From assembly GCA_008632985.1 (NCBI GenBank), contig QPGO01000199.1, positions 62,001 to 126,000 on the forward strand: a stretch of DNA of 64,000 nt, written 5' to 3'. The notes under the pieces were generated by a model that ran no database searches, was not told the DNA's origin, and was given only the letters and a program-made list of their open reading frames with translations. Positions 12,901-22,332 of this stretch are shown here, piece by piece (the first letter of the stretch is position 1; each line of letters begins with the position of its first letter). Source of the DNA: Psammoneis japonica. Its lineage: Eukaryota. A program made the position numbers and the translations under genes.

Positions 12901-14261
12901 AGCTGTGAAGACTTGACTGCTTTATATCTTCCGTTGACTTTCGTATCCACAGTCTTGATAGAATGAGGAATAGACTTGAGCGCGTCACGCTTGACGAAAT
13001 TACCACGCGCTCCAGTGTCGAGTAGGCCAAGATAGTATTTATGTTGGCCTGTCTCGCGATTAAGAAACTGAATCGTCGCTTCCGTAGTCAATACAGGGTC
13101 CGGTACTTTCAATTGGGACTCCCGAATGGCATTCATCTCTTCAAACATATCGGAGATTTCGTTGATGTCTTGTGACGATACGCTATCAGCGTCGTTCGGA
13201 TTCGAGCGGAATTGAACCTGAGTCGAACGAGTAGGTTGATTCTGAACTTGATTGTTCTCTTCTGGAAGACGAGAACGGCTCCTTGTATTATACTGATGAC
13301 TTGGCTGAGTCCTCTGACTGTTCTGATTACGGTTGGAGCCTTGCTGTTGTTGACCGCGGTTAGTGCGGTTTTGTTGATACTGTTCGCGTTCTCGGCGAAT
13401 AATGTTACACTCCCTCCCACCGGGATGTACAACACCATGTATGGGACATGTGTTATTTGACTGTTGATTTCTTCTGTTGGAATTGGCACCTTGATTCCTG
13501 TAGTTACGATTCGTCTGGTTTCCACCACGACGATTGGGTGAATTATTTCGATTGTTCCGGCGATTCCCGCCAGAATTGTCTCGAGGATTGTTTGGCTCGA
13601 TACGTCGCAAGCCTTCATAGTACTGGACCTGTTGGTTGAGGCCCAATCCTCGAATATTGGCCTTGGTTTGGTCATGAATCCATGATTTGGGACCGGATTT
13701 TCTAATAACAACGACGAGTTCCGCTTCCGTGAACTTCGGAATTGGATCAACGTCATCTTCGTCCGTTGGTAAGGGTATAAATGGGATGAGATCGTTGATC
13801 TGGCGGACACGTTGAAGAAATGACTGTACGGTGTCATTACGTGGTTTCTTGAGGGACTGTAACCAATCCTTGGTGTCTACCGCAATGTCACGGGTCATCT
13901 TGGTTAAGATGTAATCTTCGCGTGCCGCAAGAAAAGTGTCTTGATCTCGATCTTCGTACTGATCGACAACAGTGTTCCAGTCATCCATCGGCTGGCCTGT
14001 CAAAAGGCGGTCGATTAGACGGAAACGTGGAATTCCCTCTGCAACGTTGAGGATAGCAGAGATTTCTTCATAACGCTTGAAGAAAGCGAGAGTGTCTTCA
14101 GGGTCATCACTGTCCAACACACGTGCTTCTATGGTGGACTTGAGTCCATCAGGATCATTTGGGTCGACTGGAGACTCGAAAGACACAAAACGATCTTTAC
14201 GACGTTCTTCGCTTGTTCGTTCCGGGCGAACAAGACGGAAAGGACAGTTTTCGGCTGACAT
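9990..14261 (-). CDS. Gypsy gag-pol polyprotein (gag, aspartic protease, RT, RNase H, integrase), 1423 aa
   Basis: Protease LLDTGA; RT RFLTDLRYLN and LPWGKYCYLRLPQG; RNase H VYTDASDYQLG and TDHKNL; integrase HDSLCHPG..CQIC, DNGPEF, NPQANAIVER. Domain order PR-RT-RH-IN. Confidence 0.95.
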   Translation of the reverse strand: MSAENCPFRLVRPERTSEERRKDRFVSFESPVDPNDPDGLKSTIEARVLDSDDPEDTLAFFKRYEEISAILNVAEGIPRFRLIDRLLTGQPMDDWNTVVDQYEDRDQDTFLAAREDYILTKMTRDIAVDTKDWLQSLKKPRNDTVQSFLQRVRQINDLIPFIPLPTDEDDVDPIPKFTEAELVVVIRKSGPKSWIHDQTKANIRGLGLNQQVQYYEGLRRIEPNNPRDNSGGNRRNNRNNSPNRRGGNQTNRNYRNQGANSNRRNQQSNNTCPIHGVVHPGGRECNIIRREREQYQQNRTNRGQQQQGSNRNQNSQRTQPSHQYNTRSRSRLPEENNQVQNQPTRSTQVQFRSNPNDADSVSSQDINEISDMFEEMNAIRESQLKVPDPVLTTEATIQFLNRETGQHKYYLGLLDTGARGNFVKRDALKSIPHSIKTVDTKVNGRYKAVKSSQLATIEIKLPEFTSAKKVSNDAYIEEKAIGRHDIVIGRRTCQSLGLIFNFKTKSVIWDDVAIPMRPEGSMDRDEIINIDPADAALPDFMLAAIQRQTRAISSNEYDKHNYQKMVSGCNHLTESQKDDLLELFGRYPNLFDGTLGAVPGPPIKLRVKPGSKPYCARAYTIPQPLYPIARKEVDELENIGVITRDVTSEWGAPCLFRPKKNGGVRFLTDLRYLNSCLIRHPHPIPNPDDMIWKINGFTHATCFDLNRGYCHFVLDRESSKLCAIILPWGKYCYLRLPQGAMPSSDIFQAFVNRHFGDMEDMCAFFDNILLFTKSTFAQHLQRIELVLRRLDESNLRAHIEGTFLAAPEVDFLGYHITRKGITPQKEKIIPILRFASPKNKSQLRSFNGFVNFYKKLWHRKSHTMAPLSAMVSPKIKFKWTDVEEQAFQAMKKSIARQVLLRFPDFGRDFHVYTDASDYQLGAVITQIFEDGEWPIAFYSRKLSRAQRNYTTMEKELPSIVETMNAFRNILFGYRVHAKTDHKNLTFDRFKSERVKRWRLLLEEYDYTFEYCPGKNNIIADFLSRHPVIDVSTDDFEEAMTLELSENEFPVTYDRIAEHQAADKSLQLRKTTSSIYASHQFQKHRIILRNDKIVLPSTLFPAVLRWYHDSLCHPGANRTYLTLASHFYIRNMQGLVRRFVRECQICQKQKRTVKQYGELPPPDVVYKPWQVMQADLFGPWTFTDISGIDRSIKAVSMIDVATRWPELSSYSSKTSENISLIVDRVWFCRYPRPESVIYDNGPEFTSEFTGLLDSYGVKPKPTTVKNPQANAIVERIHQVISDSIRSMDLSSRPFDDSTIEGVLQSVAWALRSTYHTALMSTPAQFVFGRDMVISATYLANWKFINKRRAQNVLRNNARENANRLPYDYKVGDQVYVTTKDVQRKLNPKEGPFRIVRIHTNGTVTIQRSPNVTERINIRRLHPVF

Positions 14262-14356
14262 GTTAGGTCAGGGCAATTCGCTAGACTTGCTGTCGACAAT
14301 GAGGGCTTCGCAGAAGCAAAGAACAAGTTGGATTTAGATGGGGAGTAAATTTGCTG

Positions 14357-14673
14357 TGCCCAATGGCGCCAGGAGACAGTTGACAATGTAGATGTTGTGC
14401 TGTTGGATGCTCGAATTGTGAGACGAGATGGAACAGATCTCTCAGAGCTGCTCTCTCGGAGATCTCGTAAAATGTGCAGAATGCAGCACTTGAAGCAGCG
14501 ATCAGAAACTGAACCCAGACACACACAATGAGTCATTGAAAAGACTCACGGTGTTTGGGATGAGTCATTGAAATGACTCACAGAGAACACGGAGAACATT
14601 CTGAAGAACTCTGATGCACATGGATGAGATGCGCGCACGATGCACTTGCGGACAGACACACACACCCACAGCA
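14357..14673 (-). repeat. 5' LTR of gypsy element (TpA-hypermutated)
   Basis: Aligns without gaps to 9651-9967 with 30 transitions. Only 2 TpA remain. Confidence 0.95.
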
Positions 14674-15480
14674 CATTCCGGCTTGGCGAACAACAAACAC
14701 ATCGTGCCGCAAACAACGAGTCGAAAAAGAGAGACAACACACCATCAAGCAAAATGAGTTGTGGAATGCCAAACAAATGCAAGGTCTCAATCCAGAGGAA
14801 GGGCGAGCCATCCTTGGCGACAACGGCACTCAGGCTTGGCAAACAACAAGCACATGGTGCGAGACGACGAGTTGTGAGCGAAAAACGAGCGCGGATTCTC
14901 AGAGATTTTGAGTCATGACCGTTGCTAAATTTCTCAATCACTGTCACTTTTGTGCATCCTCGCAGAGTTGTCACAGTGATTTCGCATGCACCGGAGGCAT
15001 GTGAACAGCAGCGAGCTTTTTTTCAGGATCGCCTCACAGACCCCAAGACCCATGTGTCGGTGGAAAGCTCTCGATGAGCTGAACAAGGTCAAATGCATGT
15101 TGCATTGGTCGGAGTGAGCAGAAAGCGAGCGTTTGTCGCTGAAAATTTGGCACTTGTTTGAAGAAAAACAACGGTCACATTCGCCTTTTTCCAATTGATT
15201 TTTGTGTTCACACACAAACATCAATCGCATCATAAATTTGACATTTAATCCGGAGTTCCAAAATCTCATCCAGGATTGCATGCTGTGCAAATTGCTTGTG
15301 GGACACCTTGTTTCTGTGCTTTGCTCTTGCTCTGCAGCTCTTGCAACTGAAGATGTCGAAAAAAGGCTTTGGTCAGTCGCTGCAACTGGGTGTGTTTTAG
15401 TGACTGACGAAAGCCGATTTTCGATGAGCATTTTTGGTGTCGAGATTTTTCAACAGCAAAAATAACTTCGCTGCTGTTTA
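14370..15480. other. TpA-depleted block 2
   Basis: Covers the gypsy 5' LTR, the flanking DNA and a MITE. TA is very rare while CG is largely retained. Confidence 0.85.
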
Positions 15481-15491
15481 CATGCCTCCGG
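14991..15491. mobile_element. MITE with 24-bp terminal inverted repeats
   Basis: ccggaggcatgtgaacagcagcga (14991-15014) versus tcgctgctgtttacatgcctccgg (15468-15491), one mismatch. Flanked by CA on both sides, probably an edited TA target site. Confidence 0.75.
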
Positions 15492-15535
15492 CACGGTAGA
15501 AGATTCGTGGGAACTCGGTGCTTTCAAAAATGCTA

Positions 15536-15984
15536 CAGGGGTCACCGATCTAGTGTTTATTATTTATTATCCCGGACGATTACTTATTCGTTAGACTTTA
15601 TTGGCGAAGAAACGTGACAATTGCATTTAGGTAACTTTTATATTCGAACATTTAGTGTGAGTTGAACTTACGTCAATAATGACGTCATAAGGGTCTTTCT
15701 GGGTAGGCGTGCGTCGGAACTGCCTGACACCGGCCTCGTTTGGCGTCGAAGGCTTAATTAAAATAGTAATAGATGATGTCATCAACTTAAGTAGGAAAAT
15801 GTTCGACGTGTCTTCATGTCTCACGGATTTTATTTATGAAAATAATAAACACTGCATTTACGGTCAAATATAGAAATAAAATTATTTGGATTCGTTAGCA
15901 ATACAATGCTCGTGGAAATAATACGAAAAACAATAAACACTAGATGTGCGCGCTGCGCGATTTCGATTAGATCAGCGATGCCTG
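15536..15984. mobile_element. Putative MITE, TA target site
   Basis: Imperfect TIR ta|caggggtcaccgatcta versus tagatcagcgatgcctg|ta. Internal inverted motif atctagtgtttatt / aataaacactagat. AT-rich and non-coding. Confidence 0.5.
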
Positions 15985-16068
15985 TACTGATTCCTACGCA
16001 TACACTTTACGATAACCGCCCGGGCTCCAGGACGCGCGACACTTGCGCACTGCGCGCCTCACCTCCTA

Positions 16069-16287
16069 CAGTATGGGGGGCGTCTTTGGAAGTGAGATCG
16101 TCGAAGGCAGTCTGATCGCCAGTGCGTTTGGGGGTTTTCCCAGTACATTTTGTACGCGCAAGAAAACACGTAGGATCTGTCCACAGGTCCCAAATACCCA
16201 ATCGCACTGATTGACAGACTGTTTTAGTACAAATTCTACGTAACTTTCTTCAACAGTCTCACTTCCGAAGACGTCACCCAAGTACTG
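16069..16287. mobile_element. Tc1/mariner-pogo-type MITE (CAGTA ends, TA TSD)
   Basis: ta|cagta..cgtctttggaagtgaga at the left end and tctcacttccgaagacg..tactg|ta at the right end. Confidence 0.65.
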
Positions 16288-16809
16288 TACCGCGCCGCAG
16301 AAATTATGGAAACGTCTGTTCCCCGGAAATCCTGCGCCTTTTCTCCCTACTCTAGCTAGAGTATTGAAACAACGAGAGTCAGTCTATATGTATGTACAAA
16401 CATACTTCTACCTAAGAAGATTATGCCATCGACAGTTATGCTTCAATGATACATTCATGTGTGACCGATGCGCCGACGCGTGGGCATTGTTTGTATCCTG
16501 CTTCGTCTGCATACTACTCTAGGCCATTTCAAAAATTGAAAAAAGACATGCTCGGTGTCACTTATGGTCCAACGCCTCTTTTTGGCAATGTGTGTCGCGT
16601 CAATCCAGCATGTGCTGCTTCACTCCAAAGCGCAACTTGTCGTTGACACCCGTAAAATGAGTACCGGCATGTGCGAGAAGCCCAAGTTTGAGGACAGGTG
16701 TAAGGTCAAATTTCAAAATTTTGAGTCTTGAACTCACAAAGTCATGCACCGAGGGCAGAGTTGAGAACAAAGCAAAAGTTTCTCACAATATCTTGAGGAC
16801 AAGATTGAA

Positions 16810-19800
16810 ATGAAGTCGCTTCCAAGGTTTGCTCCAGTGCTTGTCGCCTTTTTGCCCTTGGTCACGGGTCAGTTGCGTTCCTCTGAGATCCCTCTTCTTG
16901 ACCATGGCCAACGTGAGCTCTTTACCTGCGGTGACGATCCGATGCCTGCGTTTCGTCCCTCTGTCAAGGCGGAGAAGGTTGTGAGCTTTGCGGCTCTTGC
17001 TGATGGGCCCTATGCCTTGTCGGAAAGGTGTGTATGCCGCACTGCATCAGCAACTGTCCAGTTAGTTCTTTCTTCCTTTACATTCATCACTCACGCATCA
17101 GCTATCATCCATAATTTCATTATAGGTACTGTCTCAACCATCAGCTCCGCGAGCTCGACTTTGAGTCTCCTGATTCGCCATCCTTCTTGTTCCACCTCGG
17201 TGACATCAAACCCGGCGGGGGCAAATGCGGCGAATCTGTCTTTCGGGACGTTGCCAGGATCTATGCTCATCCGGATAATGCCGTGCGCTATAATCCCAAG
17301 GACGTGTTGTGGGTTGTGGGTGACAATGAGTGGAATGATTGCGCCGACCGTGAAGAAGCGTGGGAGCATTGGAAAAACTACTTTGGTCCTGGCAATCAGT
17401 TCGGGTTTGGCACCCTATCCTCAAAGGACAGCAAAGTCAAAAGGCAGTTTGGCGTAGAGAGACGCCCGGTGTTGACCGAGGAGAAAACTTTGCCTTTGTT
17501 AAAGACAATGTATTGTTCGTTGGGCTTCACATGGTTGGTAAGTCTCGCAATGACTGGCTATAGACCCTTTCCGAGGATGTGAGTCGTTATCTCATGTTTT
17601 CCCTATTCGTTCTGCTCAACCAGGAGGCGGTACCGTTGGTGAGTGGTGGTCCTTGTCTTTTTATGCGTTCCTTGCACTCACTCCCTCTGTTACTCACTAT
17701 TTGTCTCTCCGTCCGTCGCCATTTCTACTGAAACTGTAGGAGATGAAAGGTGAGTTCTAGAAATTCATACGTTCCCGTACGCATATGCCTTTGCGCTAAT
17801 ACATGTCACTCACGCATACTCCTTTTCATTTGCAGTGTTCGTGTTGCACAGAACTTTCAATGGGTGAGAAAGAATCTTCGTGAGCACAAGGATGAGATTG
17901 TTTCGGCGGTGATATTTGGCCACGCACGCATGGGCGGAGAACGGAGGAGGGACTTTGGTTTGCCCTTCCAAATTTTGCTTCGGGAGGAATTCAAGGAGGT
18001 TCCCGTTCTCTACCTGCATGGAGATGGTGCGTGCTTCTTTTTTCAATGATTTCTTGCTCCGAACGCCGTCGTTAGCGTCCCTGTACTTATCCCCGCTTTG
18101 CTGCTTGCTTTGCCCATCTAGGTCACGACTACTGTGTGAATTTACCTTGACGATAGGGATCCCAATCTGGTAGAAGTAGAACTCGTAGCGGTAGAAGAGG
18201 CCCCAGCAACGGTTTTTCTCTATTCTGCGCAATCCGGAGGATGGTACTCACATCTTTGATATTGATCGCAGGGGTGGAAAGTATTCTGGTCCTTGCCCGA
18301 GGGTTGTGCAAAACACGTGGAGCGGACCTGATGGACCACGTAGTCTAACACCCGAACCAGCTTCTCCCACCCTTCCGACTCCGCGGCCTATACCAGGTCC
18401 TACTCCTCCACCCACTCCAAAAAAACCGAGGGACCTGTTGGCGTCCGTTTCAGCCTTGTCTCGACAAATCTTGGTATTGCAGTCGAGACGACCGATCTCG
18501 ATGATTCTGTCAAGTCTGTAGAACTCTACATGAATGACACCATGGTGCGTCGAGAAGGAGAAGCTCCTTATCAGTGGGGACTAGCGAACCGGAAGGAAAA
18601 GGATCTAGAGCTTCTCAACTTGTCTTCCGGTGTCCATGAGCTTCGAGCCAAGGTCATTGACGGAAACGGACAAACCGCCACCTCCTCCGTTACGGTAACG
18701 ATTGATTTGTGCCCTGATGATCCAGACAAGCTTGACCCTGGTGTGTGTGGCTGTGGTATGACCGAGGAGCCTAATTGCGGCGTTGTTGATTTGTGTCCGA
18801 CGATCCGAACAAGACTCTCCCGGGGAAATGTGGCTGCGGCAACCCGGAACAAGACCCATGCGTGGATCTTTGTCCCACCGATCCTGGTAAATCGGAACCA
18901 GGAAAGTGTGGCTGTGGCAACATAGAGCGCAACCCCTGCTCTGGCGTCGACGACAACGTCCGTGCCTTGGACACAATCTTGGTGAGACCAGAAGGCAAGG
19001 GACCCATTATTGCTCCCATCACAGCATATACCTGGAGGGACGCGCGTGACTGGCCTGATAGTCGGTATGAGCTCCCAATCTACAAAACTCTTAACCGAGA
19101 TGACGACGAATATTGGAATTATTTGGTCGATGAGTTGCTCTTGTCGAGAGTGGATGTGGTTATGTTTCATGGCCGAGGATGTTTTGATGAGTCATCGGGT
19201 TTGCGCGGCCAAGGCGACTTGTGTCCTCGTAATTTGGAAAAGTTTGCCTCTGCAGTGGACCGTGCCGGGGCACGTCACGCGCTCAAGGTTGGCACGTGGG
19301 AAGACACGGCCGTCTACAACAAGGCAAGGCAACGTCTGGAGGGTCTTGAACCCGGAACCACCTTGGATCTCTCGAATCGGAACAACTGGAGGTACTTTTG
19401 GGATCTCAACATCAAGATTTGGTTCGACACGTTGCCCGAAGATATGTGGTTCTTGATGGACGGCAAGCCAGTTATTGCGTTTTGGAACTTGCATGACCGG
19501 TATTTTTTCAATCAGGAGGGTAATGCTTCAAAAATGCTTAAATTCATCATTGCCGAGTTTCAGACACGGCATGGGAGGGAACCCGCATTGATTCTTCAAG
19601 ACGATTGGTTCGAACAAGACTCCACCATTGACTCGAGCCTCGCGGTGGGAAGGCATGATTGGTTCAAGCCCGTCCATGACAACATGTCGAGCATTTACTC
19701 ATACATTGACTACAACGGAGCCAAGTGGGGATGCGTTGCACCCTCCTTTCGCACTGGCGGCGACCATAACCCAGGGTGCGGAACTGAGTGTCGTGAGGTG

Positions 19801-20414
19801 ACAAGGCGCAACGGAAAGACCCTGTCACAGGCGCTCGAGGCGGGCAAGGATGCCAACTTTATTCTTCTGGAAGGTTGGACAAACATGGCCGAGAGTGCTG
19901 GTTTCTACCGTAGCTCGGACTTGGAGTATCCAACCCAGTGTGTCAACATTGTACGGGAGTATGCCGACTTCTTTCCTGAAACGTTGAAGTTCCAAGCCGA
20001 GGGTGCGGATTCATTTCTTGATTCCACTCCCGCCAATCTCGGTGGTCACTACGCGGATCGTGGACTGGATGTGGGCAAGCTTAGTGACAACAGTGGATGG
20101 TATGTTGGCTGGACGACTAAGGGAGAGTGGTTAGAGTACAAGAATGTTCAACTTGGATGCGGGACGTATCGTTTCACGGCGCGTTTAGCAACCAAGGCTA
20201 TTGGCAAGAAACTCCGGCTGGACCTTGGTGGCTTGCCAAGCATTGAATTACCATTTACTGGTGGTGTCTTGACCATTGTCAGCTAGTTCATTTGGGCGAA
20301 GTCAAGCTACAGGAAGGCAAGCATGATTTACGGTTGGTCATGGAATCCACTGGCGGCCTCAACATTGATTGGTTCTTTGTAAAACGCAGCTCCACAAAAT
20401 GTGTTGGCGTGTGA
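16810..20414 (+). CDS. Secreted multidomain protein: calcineurin-like metallophosphoesterase, Pro-rich linker, Ig-like domain, Cys/Asp repeats, DUF5010-like domain, CBM6-like module
   Basis: Signal peptide MKSLPRFAPVLVAFLPLVTG; phosphoesterase motifs ADGPY, HLGDIK, VGDNEWNDC, IFGHA, LYLHGDG; repeats DLCPDDPDKLDPGVCGCG; VMFHGRG...LEGWTNMAES; C-terminal WYVGWTTKGEWLEY. Several GT-AG introns and frameshifts. Confidence 0.75.
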
Positions 20415-20856
20415 GCCCTTAATTTAGAGAAATGTTAGAAGAATAATGAACGTCAGAGATTAGAGAATGGTTGAACTACTCTCGATCATTGTAGGTCTCC
20501 CCGATCATCGCCTCTTTACTTTTGAATCCTGAAACAAACCACTTCTCGAGCATTTCTTCGTGTGGCAACACAGTGGGCCCCAACTACTTCTACTAACTGC
20601 AGTAACTAAACTCGCCATTTTTGGTGTCGTCGTCTTGCGGTCGTTCCCCATCACTCTTGATTGATTGGCGGTTCGACGGACATTCAGTCGTGCGTGACGT
20701 CACGCCGCTCGTGACGCGCCGCACCTACCGGTATCTACCAGGCAGAAGCCTCCTTCCGACGCATCAGTACCAAAATTCGACTCATCATTTGAAAGTTGTG
20801 TGTCACAATTTTTTCTTCGCAAACACACAGCACAGCACCTCGGGACTCGGACCGCC

Positions 20857-21680
20857 ATGTCTTCGAAGGAGCAAAACAAAAAGAAGAACCCGCTGTTGCA
20901 TTTGATTGCCGGTGGCTGTGCCGGGTTTGTGGAGAGTTCCGCATGTCATCCTCTCGATGCGATCAAGACTCGTATGCAGTTGCGTCGTCAGAATCAATCG
21001 ATTCAAGCCGTCAGGGCTCGAAGCAGTCTGAGCGAACCCGAGTATCTCTTCAACGTTTACGACATTCTCTTGCGGAGCCAGCTTTACGACTCAAGCATTC
21101 TTTGGCTGAACCCTTGGCGACTGTTTCTGGACACGGTCATGTGTTGAAAACGTCCCATATACACGAACCCAGCGCCACTCTGACCTTTCATACTCCTCCG
21201 CCGCGCCCGCATCGGCACCTGCGACCGTGGTGACGGCTCCGTTGGGTCCCTTTGGTACCGCACGTCGTATTGTGCAGCGAGAAGGCTTTATGAGTTTGTA
21301 CAAGGGCCTTACGGCGGTGTGGACGGGTATCGTGCCCAAAATGGCGATTCGATTCTTGTCTTTTGAAGAATATAAGGTCTTGTTGGCAAAGACGCCTCTC
21401 GGGACGACGAGTTATGCCGTGTTTTTAGCGGGACTAGCCTCAGGCTTGACAGAAGCCGTTATGGTTGTCACTGTAAGTGCGATGTCGTGCCTGAAGTGAT
21501 TGATGTTTCGTATGAAATTACTTTGTAACACTAATACTGTGTCTGTCTCTGAACTTTCTTGTTTACAGCCGGCAGAAGTCTGTAAGATTCGCATGCAATC
21601 GCAGTACCATTCGTTGTTGGATCCTTCTCAGGCGCAGCACCGCAAATACACGAATGTTTTGCAAACGGCCTTTACGATCA
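20857..21680 (+). pseudogene. Mitochondrial carrier (succinate/fumarate- or citrate-carrier-like), truncated after the second repeat
   Basis: AGGCAGFVESSACHPLDAIKTRMQ, EGFMSLYKGL..GIVPKMAIRF and VTPAEVCKIRMQ carrier signatures. Intron near 21473-21569. No third repeat. Confidence 0.8.
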
Positions 21681-21734
21681 CAAATCAAACAAGATCTTCA
21701 CGAAGAAGAAGAAGCCGGTACTCTTAAAATCACT

Positions 21735-22332
21735 TGCGCTCCGGCGCAGCATTGGTGTAGTCGCACACCGCGTGGGATCGAAATGTAAGGCTGTGGTGCT
21801 CCCTTGCGATGGAGTACAATCAAGATGCGCTCCACCAGCGTTTCTACTTTGCAGGTGACTCGGGATATCCAAGCGAGTTTCCGCTCTTTCGACAGATTGG
21901 TGATATGCTTGGGCCATTTGATTTGGCCGCCATTCGTAAGTTATGAGAGTACTACGTGTTGGGTTTACTCGTGATTCTGTAATTGTATCCCCCCATGCAG
22001 CGTCTCACTTTTTCTCTTTCTTATTCGCAGCGATTGGCGCATATGCACCACGGTGGTTCATGGCCGACAATCATGCATGCCCAAGGGAAGCTCTCCGAAT
22101 ACACAAGGATTTGAAATCAAAGAAATCCGTTGCGATTCATTGGGGTACGTTTGATTTGGCGGATGAAGATGTACAAGAACCTCCCTTGTTGCTACAGGAA
22201 GCATTACATGAACAAGACGATGAAATAGATTTTGTTGTTTTGCGTCACGGGTCGTCGGTGGAGTCCAATCCAGATGAACAGCACGAGTATCCAATCTACA
22301 ATCAGGAGAGGCAGAGATGCGAAACATCATGA
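21735..22332 (+). pseudogene. C-terminal part of a NAPE-PLD-like metallo-beta-lactamase
   Basis: PAQHWCSR, FYFAGDSGY, GPFDLAAI(intron)IGAYAPRWFM..H..P.EA..IH.DL....VAIHWGTF motifs. The N-terminal HxHxDH region is missing. Confidence 0.8.

Larger units (their letters stand above)
9651..14673 (-). mobile_element. Full-length Ty3/gypsy LTR retrotransposon
   Basis: Two 317-bp TG...CA LTRs (9651-9967, 14357-14673), 5-bp TSD CATTC (9646-9650 and 14674-14678), polypurine tract and a gag-pol ORF. Confidence 0.97.
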
